This document shows, piece after piece, positions 30,977-40,151 of a stretch of 64,000 nucleotides of DNA (position 1 is the stretch's first letter; the number at the start of each line of letters is the position of its first letter). The notes beneath the pieces are model-generated. The model had not been told where the DNA came from. It made no database searches and saw only the letters and a list, made by a program, of their open reading frames with translations. Both the position numbers and the translations under genes were made by a program. The DNA lies in NCBI GenBank assembly GCA_050246315.1, contig JBFWWG010000011.1, positions 32,001 to 96,000 of the forward strand, given 5' to 3'. Origin of the DNA: Nitrospiraceae bacterium. GTDB lineage: Bacteria > Nitrospirota > Nitrospiria > Nitrospirales > Nitrospiraceae.

Positions 30977-32062
30977 ATGCCGACTCCGGTCATCTCACGA
31001 GGGCGCTGGACTCCAGAGACGGCACCCTCACGCCAGCCGCAATTCGTCAAACTCCCGGAAGACTCCGGCGGAGCGCAGCCACAATCGGCCTCCCTTGCTC
31101 GACGCTTAACCGGTGTCAGTCTCGTGGTCACCAGCGTGATCGGCGCCTGCGCATTTCTCTGGTCCAGTATCAGCTCGCTAGTTACATCCCCAACGGCTGT
31201 CCCCGGTGTCATTGCGGACAACCGGTTGCCCGTTATTCGCGTTGGAGAGATTCTTCCTAGCCCTTTGACGCGTGAAAGTCCTGTGTCGCTACGCCTTGAA
31301 GTGGACGATCCGGACAATGATGCGGTGTCCTTTCGGTATCAGTGGATCATTAACGGCCGTCCCGTGACCGATGAGCGAGGTTCGACACTCGACCCAACCC
31401 TGCTGAAATCGGGTGATACGGTAGCTGCGGAGGTGATTCCATCTGACGGAAAGGGGCAAGGACCGCTGCATCGAATCGTGGGGGTCGTGGTTGTCAATAC
31501 TCCACCCAAAGTGAGCCAAGTGTCTATCCAGCCCGATCCTCTCCGTGCCGGCGAGCCGGTCAGGGTTGTTGCTGAAGTGGTTGATCCGGATGGCGACGAA
31601 ACGCGAGTCCTTTATCGCTGGTGGAATAGTGACGTATTGGTAGCAGAATCTGAGGTTGCCTCGCTTTCTCATGTGTCAATCGCTCGCGGTGACAAGATCG
31701 TTGTGGAGGTAATTCCTCAGGATGCGGAGGGTCCTGGTAAAGCCCTGAAAACGGATCCAGTGCAGGTCTCAAACGGGCTGCCTCGCATCACCTCTGCTCC
31801 TTCAGCCATCATCAGCGACGGACGATATGGGTATGCAATCAGTGCAACAGATCCAGACGGAGATCCCTTGACCTACGTCTTGACGGTTGGACCACCTAGC
31901 ATGAGGCTTGACGAGCGCTCCGGACAATTGGAGTGGACGCTTCGAGGCGAGGACAAGGGGATTCACCACGTGCGAATTGAAGTGCGTGATGGTCACAACG
32001 GGACGGCCTACCAAGAATTTGACGTGACCGTTCCGGCCTTGCCCGCTGATGCAGGCGCGTAG
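30977..32062 (+). CDS. Membrane-anchored Ig-like repeat protein
   Basis: TM segment then three modules with DPDND/DPDGD motifs, YQW/YRW and NTPP/NGLP linkers. Confidence 0.75.
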   Translation: MPTPVISRGRWTPETAPSRQPQFVKLPEDSGGAQPQSASLARRLTGVSLVVTSVIGACAFLWSSISSLVTSPTAVPGVIADNRLPVIRVGEILPSPLTRESPVSLRLEVDDPDNDAVSFRYQWIINGRPVTDERGSTLDPTLLKSGDTVAAEVIPSDGKGQGPLHRIVGVVVVNTPPKVSQVSIQPDPLRAGEPVRVVAEVVDPDGDETRVLYRWWNSDVLVAESEVASLSHVSIARGDKIVVEVIPQDAEGPGKALKTDPVQVSNGLPRITSAPSAIISDGRYGYAISATDPDGDPLTYVLTVGPPSMRLDERSGQLEWTLRGEDKGIHHVRIEVRDGHNGTAYQEFDVTVPALPADAGA

Positions 32063-32202
32063 GCCGAGCTACCTTATCCCCTCACCCTTGTGTCGCCTTT
32101 TCCCAGCGGACATGGTGCGTATAGGCCAATCCCTTGTGAGAGGTGAAGCTGCTTTGTTAGAATTACACTGCAAGCTCTGAAAGGAGGAGAGTAAGCCCCA
32201 GC

Positions 32203-33270
32203 GTGCGAAAGCTGAAGCTTCGAGACAGTACGAATATCCCTGCCCTGTTCGGTCATCATGATCGGCATCTGAAGCTAGTCGAGACGGAATTGGGTGTCCG
32301 CATCTCTGCCCGCGGCGATGAGCTTGTAATTGCCGGATCGCCTGAAGGGGAACGCAAGGCAGAACAAATCCTCGGTGATCTCGCTACACTGACCACGGAG
32401 GGGTACGATCTTAGATTGGAGGATGTTAGTTTCGCCCTTTCCGCCCTTCGACAAGGGAGCGACACGTCGCTTCGCGAACTCCTCGCCTCGCCCATTGCCG
32501 TAGCTACGAACAAGCGCGCGATAGTGCCGAAGACGCCGACGCAGAAGGCATACATCGAAGCGATCGAAAAGTTCGATGTTGTGATCGGTATCGGCCCTGC
32601 CGGGACTGGGAAAACCTATCTGGCGATGGCGATGGCAGTACAGGCGCTCACACGGAAAGAGCTGAGTCGGATCATTCTCGCTCGCCCGGCCGTAGAGGCG
32701 GGGGAAAAGCTGGGATTCCTTCCCGGAGATATGTACGCGAAGGTGAATCCCTATCTCCGTCCGCTATACGACGCCCTATATGACATGATGGATCTTGATC
32801 GGGCGAATCGATTGATTGAGCGCGGGGAGATCGAAATCGCTCCGTTGGCGTTCATGCGTGGACGGACATTGAATGATTCCTTCGTGATTCTGGACGAGGC
32901 GCAAAATGCAACCGCCGAGCAAATGAAAATGTTTTTGACCCGTTTGGGGAACAATTCCAAAGCCGTTGTGACCGGCGATATCACTCAGGTTGACCTCCCA
33001 TCGGATCGCGTCTCCGGGCTAATCGAAATCTGCAATATTTTGAGCGATATCGATGGCATTCAATTTGTGTATTTTGACGAGAAGGATGTCGTTCGGCATC
33101 GGTTGGTCCAACAGATCATCCGCGCCTATGATCGACATCAAACCTCAAAGAACCCACAGACCGAGCGGACGCCACATGCATCAGGTTCCAACTCATCGGC
33201 TTCCCGCCGAGAGTCCGGGACGTTATCGGACTTTCCTCATCGGGGATCATCGGGGAGCCAATCCCATTAA
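32203..33270 (+). CDS. phoH: PhoH-family ATPase
   Basis: GPAGTGKT, RPAVEAGEKLGFLPG, RGRTL and DEAQN motifs. Confidence 0.95.
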   Translation: MRKLKLRDSTNIPALFGHHDRHLKLVETELGVRISARGDELVIAGSPEGERKAEQILGDLATLTTEGYDLRLEDVSFALSALRQGSDTSLRELLASPIAVATNKRAIVPKTPTQKAYIEAIEKFDVVIGIGPAGTGKTYLAMAMAVQALTRKELSRIILARPAVEAGEKLGFLPGDMYAKVNPYLRPLYDALYDMMDLDRANRLIERGEIEIAPLAFMRGRTLNDSFVILDEAQNATAEQMKMFLTRLGNNSKAVVTGDITQVDLPSDRVSGLIEICNILSDIDGIQFVYFDEKDVVRHRLVQQIIRAYDRHQTSKNPQTERTPHASGSNSSASRRESGTLSDFPHRGSSGSQSH

Positions 33271-33728
33271 TGCCCGTGATCGTGAAATCTCGACTCATTC
33301 GGACTCCGATTAGGCGAGCGGTGTGGGCGAGGCTTGGCCAGGACATTCTGCGGCAGGTTCGAAGGCCTCGTGCTGAGTTGGGGGTGCATGTTGTGGGAGA
33401 TCGACGCATGCGTCAGTTGAACAAACGATACCGGAAGCAGGACAAGAGCACGGATGTGTTGGCGTTTCCGATACAGGAAGGACCGGGACCTCGGACGGAC
33501 CTGCTCGGGGACGTTGTGATTTCCCTGCCGACGGCGCAGCGGCAGGCCAAGGAATCCAACCACTCTCTGGATCGGGAGTTGGCGGTGTTGTTGGTCCACG
33601 GGGTCTTGCATCTTTGCGGGTACGACCATGAGCGAGGAGGCGCGGAAGCGCGTCGGATGCAGCGACGCGAGCGCGCTATTCTGTGTCTGGTGTCGAGGAA
33701 GAACCTCGTTCGGATCGGAGGAAGGTGA
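33270..33728 (+). CDS. ybeY: rRNA maturation RNase YbeY
   Basis: TDVLAF, LGDVVIS and HGVLHLCGYDH motifs. Confidence 0.95.
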   Translation: MPVIVKSRLIRTPIRRAVWARLGQDILRQVRRPRAELGVHVVGDRRMRQLNKRYRKQDKSTDVLAFPIQEGPGPRTDLLGDVVISLPTAQRQAKESNHSLDRELAVLLVHGVLHLCGYDHERGGAEARRMQRRERAILCLVSRKNLVRIGGR

Positions 33729-33735
33729 GGCTGCG

Positions 33736-34677
33736 ATGGGATGGTTTGACCGGTTGAGCCAAGGGTTAGCGAAAACCCGCCAGGCCATGCAAGGTTCCTT
33801 GGATCGGCTGTTCAGCAGAGGGCCGGATCCGGAGACACTGGAAGAGTTAGAATCCGCCCTGCTCGCCGCTGACTTGGGCGTCCGCACCGTCGATCATCTG
33901 ATGGGACGATTGCGTCAAGGAGCCACGCGAAGTCGCGGGAGCGGTGAGCAGGGGGTCCGTGATGTTCTGCACAATGAGATCGTGCAGATATTGGCGGCCT
34001 GCCAAGGGGATGACCTGGTGACACTAATAGAGCGGTCTCAACGCCCCTTCGTCCTGCTCGCAGTGGGCGTGAACGGCGTCGGCAAGACCACCACTATGGC
34101 CAAGATCGCGCAACGACTCAAGGAACGCGGTAAGGCTCCCTTATTGGTCGCCGCGGATACCTTTCGTGCAGCCGCCATCGAGCAGTTGCAGGTATGGGCC
34201 CAGCGGATCGGCGTCGAGATTGTGCATCAGCGACAAGGGGCCGATCCTGCCGCCGTTGTTTTTGACGGGCTTGCCGCGGCCAAGGCTCGCTCGGTCGATG
34301 TGGTGTTGATCGATACGGCGGGACGACTCCATACAAAGGCTAACCTTATGGATGAATTGCGGAAGGTGCAGCGTGTCGTTTCGCGTGAAATCCCTGGGGC
34401 TCCCCATGAAGTGCTCCTTGTTTTGGACGCCACGGTCGGACAGAATGCGGTCTCGCAGGCTCGGCAATTTCAGGAGGCGGTGGGGGTGACGGGCCTGGCA
34501 CTGACCAAACTGGATGGGACGGCCCGTGGTGGAGTCGTGGTAGCCATCGCCCAAGAATTAAAGATTCCGGTGCGGCTGATCGGCGTCGGCGAGCGAGTCG
34601 AGGATCTACAAGATTTTCGCGCCCAAGAGTTCGTGCAAGCGTTATTTGGAGAGGTCACAACTCCGTCAAGGTCCTGA
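33736..34677 (+). CDS. ftsY: SRP receptor FtsY
   Basis: GVNGVGKTT, DTFRAAA, DTAGR and TKLDGTARGG motifs. Confidence 0.96.
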   Translation: MGWFDRLSQGLAKTRQAMQGSLDRLFSRGPDPETLEELESALLAADLGVRTVDHLMGRLRQGATRSRGSGEQGVRDVLHNEIVQILAACQGDDLVTLIERSQRPFVLLAVGVNGVGKTTTMAKIAQRLKERGKAPLLVAADTFRAAAIEQLQVWAQRIGVEIVHQRQGADPAAVVFDGLAAAKARSVDVVLIDTAGRLHTKANLMDELRKVQRVVSREIPGAPHEVLLVLDATVGQNAVSQARQFQEAVGVTGLALTKLDGTARGGVVVAIAQELKIPVRLIGVGERVEDLQDFRAQEFVQALFGEVTTPSRS

Positions 34678-34799
34678 TCCTGCCTACACGCTAAGCAGTT
34701 GGAATGAAAGTCTTTCTTCTCATGCTGTCGAACCTGTGCTAATCTGCCGATAAACCGAACCAGATTCAGCGCAGGTCCTGCCAGAGGAGGGACACCTCG

Positions 34800-35585
34800 A
34801 TGCCGACCATGCTGGTGATCGACGACGATCGGCTGAATTGCGACATGCTGCAGGCCATCTTTGCGCGCCATGGTTTTCAAGTCGTCACAGCGCAAAGCGG
34901 TCGCGAAGGGTTAGGACGGTTTCAAACGCTTCAGCCTGACGTGACGCTGCTGGACCTCCGGATGCCCGAGGTGGATGGATTGGCGGTGCTCAAGGAGATA
35001 CGTGCCCGCGATCCCGTGGCGCCGGTCGTCATGCTCGGGCCTGGTGCGACGGACATTCACGAGAATCTTGCACGAGAACTCGGTGTGACCGACTTCTTGA
35101 GAAAAGGCCTGTCGCTCGACATCCTGATCCGAACGGTCAACCGGGTCGCTCGACCGGCTGCGCAGACCCAGGAATCGCGGTACTTTTCAACCGTCCCGAC
35201 AATAGAAGGATCCAAATCCGAACGCATCCTGATCGTTGATGACGAGCCTCTGGTTCGTGACCTGCTCGTGCAGTTCCTGGAGATGCGCGGCTATGCGGTT
35301 CGCGGCGCCGCCTCAGGTGAGGAGGGGCTTGCGCTGGTTGAAAGAGACCCCCCTGATGTGATTCTGTTAGACATCATCATGCCGGGGTTGGACGGCGTGG
35401 AAATCATCAAGGCCTTACAGTCGCGTGGATTCGCCGGCGGCATCATTGTCCTGACCGGCAGCCAGAGCGAGGAACTGCTTCGAACCGCATGGGATCTCGG
35501 CATTCAGGAAGTGCTCTACAAGCCAGTCGATCTCGACCGCCTGTTGATGGCAGTTCAGTTGGTTCTTGTTTGCCGGGAAGAGTGA
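34800..35585 (+). CDS. Response regulator of two receiver domains with no output domain
   Basis: VIDDD...LLDLRMP and IVDDE...LLDIIMP...YKP. Confidence 0.9.
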   Translation: MPTMLVIDDDRLNCDMLQAIFARHGFQVVTAQSGREGLGRFQTLQPDVTLLDLRMPEVDGLAVLKEIRARDPVAPVVMLGPGATDIHENLARELGVTDFLRKGLSLDILIRTVNRVARPAAQTQESRYFSTVPTIEGSKSERILIVDDEPLVRDLLVQFLEMRGYAVRGAASGEEGLALVERDPPDVILLDIIMPGLDGVEIIKALQSRGFAGGIIVLTGSQSEELLRTAWDLGIQEVLYKPVDLDRLLMAVQLVLVCREE

Positions 35586-37888
35586 GTGGCTGCCACAGCC
35601 GCCATGTCCTCGGGCCGTGCGTGGCTCTCCTGTCGATCGCCCTCATGGTGTGGGGCGCGCTGCCGGTAGCGACCTCAGCGGTCCATGACAGCGACCTGGC
35701 ATCGCCTCCCGTAATCCACCAGACATCTTCGTTCACTCCGGGCCAGCCAGTATCCATCACGCAGCATCGTCTCACCGTCGAACTCTCGCCCCAATCGCAC
35801 CGGTTGAAAGCTACGGATCAGATGATCGTGCAAGTATCCAGGTCGGCGATAGACCGGGTCGAATTCGAACTGGCTCCCACCTTGAACGTCACGAGAGTGG
35901 TGGCCCGGGAGAATGGGCGCGGACTGCCCGTAAAATTTGCCCATCGTCAGAAACTTTCGCGCGACCTGGCGGGGGAATCCACACAAATCGTCACCATTGA
36001 GTTTCCAAAAGCTATCGACAGCCGTGCCATCAGCCTCGACTGGGAATATGACGGCGTGATTCATGATCCTCCGAAGGAACCGCGCCATCTTCGATTCGTG
36101 ACGCCCAGCGATACATCGGGTTATATCGGGCCGGAGGGAATCTATCTGAGCAGCGAGTCGCGTTGGTATCCCGATCGTTCCGGGTCCATCAGCACGTTTG
36201 TCGTGCGTGTCACGCTGCCTCGCGGTTGGACGGCGGTCACCCATGGGCGGCGGGTGGCCTCGTCGGATTCTCAGGCCTTAAACGCCGAGGCGCCGGTCAC
36301 CGAGTGGGAGGTAACTGAGCCGACTGAAGCGCTGACATTGGTGGCCAATCAATTCGTTCGGACGGTACGTGAATGGAAGGGAGAAAACGGAACTCCGGTT
36401 CTGCTCGAAACCTATTTGTTCCCGGAGGAGGCGTCGCTGGCGCAGGACTATCTCGATGCGGCCAGTCGGTACCTGGATGTCTACAGTCGCCTGCTTGGAC
36501 CATATCCGTTTCCGAAATTTGCCGTTGTGGAAAATTTTTTCCCGGCAGGTCTCGGGATGCCGTCGTTCACCCTCCTCGGCAGCGGGGTCATCAAACGGCG
36601 GTACGTACAGCCCTATGCCTTGGGCCATGAAATCGTGCATTCGTGGATCGGAAATTTTGTATTCAATCGACCGGAGACGGGGAATTGGGTCGAGGGACTT
36701 ACGACCTACCTCGCCAACTACTATTACGAGGAACTCACAGGGACCCCGGAGTTGGCACGCGAACAGCGCCGGCTCATGCTGGCCGGTTACGCAGTCTATG
36801 TCCCGCCCGACGATGACTATGCCGTTGCGACGTTCATGCGCAAAGTGGACCAGAAGGACAACGCCATCGGGTACCAAAAGGCGGCCATGGTGTTCCATAT
36901 GCTGCGGCTGGAGGTGGGGGAGCAACATTTTTGGGAGGGGCTGCGTAAGCTGGTTCGCGAATACGGCGGTCGACACCTAGACTGGCAAGGGATCGAGCAG
37001 CTCTATTCCGCATCGACGGGTCGAGACTTGCGGAGGTTTTTCGCCCAGTGGACGGAGCAACCGGGCGCCCCGCGCTTGAATCTGACACAGGCTCTGGTTC
37101 TCTCCGATCCAGCCGGTTCGAACGCGTCGTCGCACAGTCCTGATCTTAGACTTGAGCTGACGGTGGTTCAGCAGGGAGCCCCGTACGAGTTGACACTCCC
37201 GTTGGTGGTGGAGGGGGAAGAGGGGCGACGTGAAACCATTTCGGTGAAGCTCGAATCGTCGTCTGATTCTTTCCAGGTTACCCTGTCATTTAAGCCTACC
37301 TCGGTCCAGTTGGACCCCGACTATATGGTCTTTCGCCGGATCGACCGGACGCGCTTGCCGCCGATGCTGAACCTGTTTGTGACCGACCGGACGCGCACGG
37401 TCATCGTCCCACCGGCCACATCCCGGGAGGAGTCCAGTGTCTATCGGCGGGTGGTGGAACGGCTGATGCCTCAGGAGGGCAGGGATTCGCAGCATGCGAC
37501 CACGACGGTGCTGCCGCCGGAAGAAGCGGACCTCAGCCGGCCGGGAGGCTCCGTGCTATTCCTCGGTCCAACCCAGCGTGAGGCCTGGCGGCAATCGTCG
37601 GACCCCAATTGTGCAAGGCGGGTGCATTTCGCCGAGGGCAAAGTGACCATCGACCAATCGGTGGTCGAGGGCAGCAATCTGGCGGTCCTCGTATCCTGTC
37701 CGGTCAAAGGAGCGCCCGATCATGTGGCCACGCTGTTTTACGGAATGACGCCGGAGGCTGCAGGGCGTCTCACGCGCCTCTTGTTCTTTTACGGATGGCA
37801 GAGCTACCTTATTTTTCAAGACGGGGCCGTGGTTGCACGAGGTGATTTAGGAGGAGATCGTGAATCTGAACGGCTGTTGGTTCGGTAG
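35582..37888 (+). CDS. Exported M1-family zinc aminopeptidase
   Basis: Signal-like N-terminus, GPYPFPKFAVVE, HEIVH with WVEG, and YQK; GTGA overlap with the upstream gene. Confidence 0.88.
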   Translation: MSGCHSRHVLGPCVALLSIALMVWGALPVATSAVHDSDLASPPVIHQTSSFTPGQPVSITQHRLTVELSPQSHRLKATDQMIVQVSRSAIDRVEFELAPTLNVTRVVARENGRGLPVKFAHRQKLSRDLAGESTQIVTIEFPKAIDSRAISLDWEYDGVIHDPPKEPRHLRFVTPSDTSGYIGPEGIYLSSESRWYPDRSGSISTFVVRVTLPRGWTAVTHGRRVASSDSQALNAEAPVTEWEVTEPTEALTLVANQFVRTVREWKGENGTPVLLETYLFPEEASLAQDYLDAASRYLDVYSRLLGPYPFPKFAVVENFFPAGLGMPSFTLLGSGVIKRRYVQPYALGHEIVHSWIGNFVFNRPETGNWVEGLTTYLANYYYEELTGTPELAREQRRLMLAGYAVYVPPDDDYAVATFMRKVDQKDNAIGYQKAAMVFHMLRLEVGEQHFWEGLRKLVREYGGRHLDWQGIEQLYSASTGRDLRRFFAQWTEQPGAPRLNLTQALVLSDPAGSNASSHSPDLRLELTVVQQGAPYELTLPLVVEGEEGRRETISVKLESSSDSFQVTLSFKPTSVQLDPDYMVFRRIDRTRLPPMLNLFVTDRTRTVIVPPATSREESSVYRRVVERLMPQEGRDSQHATTTVLPPEEADLSRPGGSVLFLGPTQREAWRQSSDPNCARRVHFAEGKVTIDQSVVEGSNLAVLVSCPVKGAPDHVATLFYGMTPEAAGRLTRLLFFYGWQSYLIFQDGAVVARGDLGGDRESERLLVR

Positions 37889-39014
37889 AAAAGTCGCAGG
37901 GGTGATGGTGTCGGGAGCCTTGTCGGTGTTGCTCGCGCAGATGCTCGCCCATAGCGCGGGTGAAACCCCAGTGTCAGGCGAATCATCTACGGCCCCGGCG
38001 AAGGCGCAGGTGGAACGGCATCTCTCCAACATTCGGCAACTCACAGTGGGGCGGCAGAATGCGGAAGCGTATTTTTCATTTGAAGGGTCAAAGCTGGTGT
38101 TCCAATCCACCAACGATTGGCGAGACGCCAAAGGCGAGATGCTCCCGACAGCCACCACTAAGGCGGAGCGGGGGTTGGGATGCTATCAAATCTATGTGAT
38201 GGATCTGGATACCGAATCGATCCGGCTGGTCAGTACCGGAGTCGGCGCCACCACCTGCGGGTATTTTTTCCCTGGTGGGCGACGCGTGCTCTATTCGTCA
38301 ACCCATCATGTAGCGCCCGGCTGTCCGCCCAAGCCGAGTCGCGAAGGCGGCTATCGCTGGGCCTTGGACGACTACGATATCTACTCCGTGAGGTTGGATG
38401 GCCAGCAGATGCAGCGATTAACCCACACTCCCGGGTATGACGCGGAGGCGACCATTTCTCCGGACGGGAGGACGATCGTCTGGACGTCCTTGCGGGATGG
38501 AGACTTGGACATTTATTCGATGAATGCCGACGGAACACGCGTCCGTCGTCTGACCACGGAGCTGGGCTATGACGGCGGGCCGTTTTTCTCACCCGATAGC
38601 CGGCGGATCGTCTACCGCGCACAACACCCCCAGACCTTGGAAGAGGTGGACGAGTATCAAGCCCTGCTCAAACAGAAACTCGTGAAGCCGAATCGCCTGG
38701 AAATTTTCATCATGAATGCCGACGGCAGCGGCCGCCGTCAGGTCACATCTAACGGTGCCTCCAATTTCTCGCCCTATTTTCATCCGGACGGACATCGGAT
38801 CATTTTTTCGTCGAATGCCCGTCCCGGAGAACGGCCCTTCCACCTATACCTGATCGACGATGACGGCACCCAATTGGAGCAACTCACATTTGAAGGGCAG
38901 TTCAACAGTTTTCCGATGTTCTCTCCGGACGGTAAGCGACTCGTCTGGGTCTCGGATCGACATGCCGAACAACCCGGGGAATTCAACGTGTTTCTGGCCG
39001 ATTGGATTCCATGA
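37860..39014 (+). CDS. PD40/TolB-like beta-propeller protein
   Basis: Repeated SPDG/HPDG and DIYSM...RLT blades; signal peptide. Confidence 0.88.
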   Translation: MNLNGCWFGRKVAGVMVSGALSVLLAQMLAHSAGETPVSGESSTAPAKAQVERHLSNIRQLTVGRQNAEAYFSFEGSKLVFQSTNDWRDAKGEMLPTATTKAERGLGCYQIYVMDLDTESIRLVSTGVGATTCGYFFPGGRRVLYSSTHHVAPGCPPKPSREGGYRWALDDYDIYSVRLDGQQMQRLTHTPGYDAEATISPDGRTIVWTSLRDGDLDIYSMNADGTRVRRLTTELGYDGGPFFSPDSRRIVYRAQHPQTLEEVDEYQALLKQKLVKPNRLEIFIMNADGSGRRQVTSNGASNFSPYFHPDGHRIIFSSNARPGERPFHLYLIDDDGTQLEQLTFEGQFNSFPMFSPDGKRLVWVSDRHAEQPGEFNVFLADWIP

Positions 39015-40129
39015 CCGCGCATGCTGACTCCTCTGACGGATGGTCGACGCGTCTCGGGGTCTTGGTCGGACGTCTGCTGATCGGTCTGTCGCTGTTCCTG
39101 CTCCTGTATGGACTCTTTCAACTTGACGTTCCGCTTGTACGGTTTATTCGATCGTTAGAACATCCGATCGGTTTTTTCCCCAATCCCTGGCTGTTCTGGA
39201 TCAACTGGATCGGCAATTGGGTGGGCGACGGGCTCTACCTGGCGCTGTTCAGTGCAGGATTGTTGGCCTGCGGCTGGTGGCTCGGACGGCGAAACCTGAT
39301 CGCAGCAGGATGGCAAAGCCTCGTCGCCCACGGTACGGTAGCCCTACTTGTGACGGTGCTGAAGCATGTGGTTGGAAGGCCCAGGCCGAAGTTCAGCCAT
39401 GCCGGCGGCGTTCAACTCTGGCCTTCAATGGACAACGGGTTTGACTCGTTTCCCTCTGGTCACGCTGCGGCGACCTTCGCGGTCGCGGCGGTTTTGGCCA
39501 AGCGCTATCCTTCGGCTGGATGGTTTTGGCACGGCATCGCGGTCTTTGTTGCGTTCAGCCGGATATTGAGAGGGTCGCATTTTGTCACGGATGTTATGAC
39601 CGGAGCCCTGTTGGGGATGGTGGCCGGCTGGGTCGTCAGCCGCCCCTTCAAGGAATGGCGGATCTCTGCCTGGGAAGCCCTATCGGCTGCGGCGGTCTTG
39701 GCGCTGGTTGTGTTTGCGCTGTTGTGGACGGGCAGTCACCCGTCGCAGGTTGACTGGGCTATGGCCGACACGTTTGTGGTCGGAACGTGCGTAGCGTTGT
39801 GCGGCGCGCTGGCGCGCCTGTGGGTGAAGACACCGGAGAGCGATAGCTGCGTGGACGGCTGGGGTATCAAGAGGGTTCTTTACTTCCATGGTGGGTACGT
39901 GGTTGCCATCGGGTTGCTGCTGGCGACCGGATCTTCCGCTGTGATCGAGATCGGAGCGCTCGTCCTATCCGGGCTGTGGCTTAGTCGCCCGCGCCAACAA
40001 GACAACGGGCCTGACGCGATGGCGTCCTCTCGCCGCTGGCGGTTCGTGTTTGACGCGGCGCTGGCGGCATCTGTCTTGCTCTCGCTCGTCGTCATTAAGG
40101 GCCTGCAGGGCCTGATGCCTCCGCAATAG
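39011..40129 (+). CDS. PAP2-family membrane phosphatase
   Basis: KHVVGRPRP, FPSGH and SRILRGSHFVTD motifs; extra C-terminal TM helices. Confidence 0.9.
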   Translation: MTAHADSSDGWSTRLGVLVGRLLIGLSLFLLLYGLFQLDVPLVRFIRSLEHPIGFFPNPWLFWINWIGNWVGDGLYLALFSAGLLACGWWLGRRNLIAAGWQSLVAHGTVALLVTVLKHVVGRPRPKFSHAGGVQLWPSMDNGFDSFPSGHAAATFAVAAVLAKRYPSAGWFWHGIAVFVAFSRILRGSHFVTDVMTGALLGMVAGWVVSRPFKEWRISAWEALSAAAVLALVVFALLWTGSHPSQVDWAMADTFVVGTCVALCGALARLWVKTPESDSCVDGWGIKRVLYFHGGYVVAIGLLLATGSSAVIEIGALVLSGLWLSRPRQQDNGPDAMASSRRWRFVFDAALAASVLLSLVVIKGLQGLMPPQ

Positions 40130-40151
40130 ACCAGTCTCTTCGTCCCCTCGT

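Noticed and set aside
23600..32062. Diversity-generating retroelement or shufflon acting on pilins or PilY1
   Set aside because: No reverse transcriptase, recombinase or near-identical template repeat was seen by eye; a self-dotplot would confirm.
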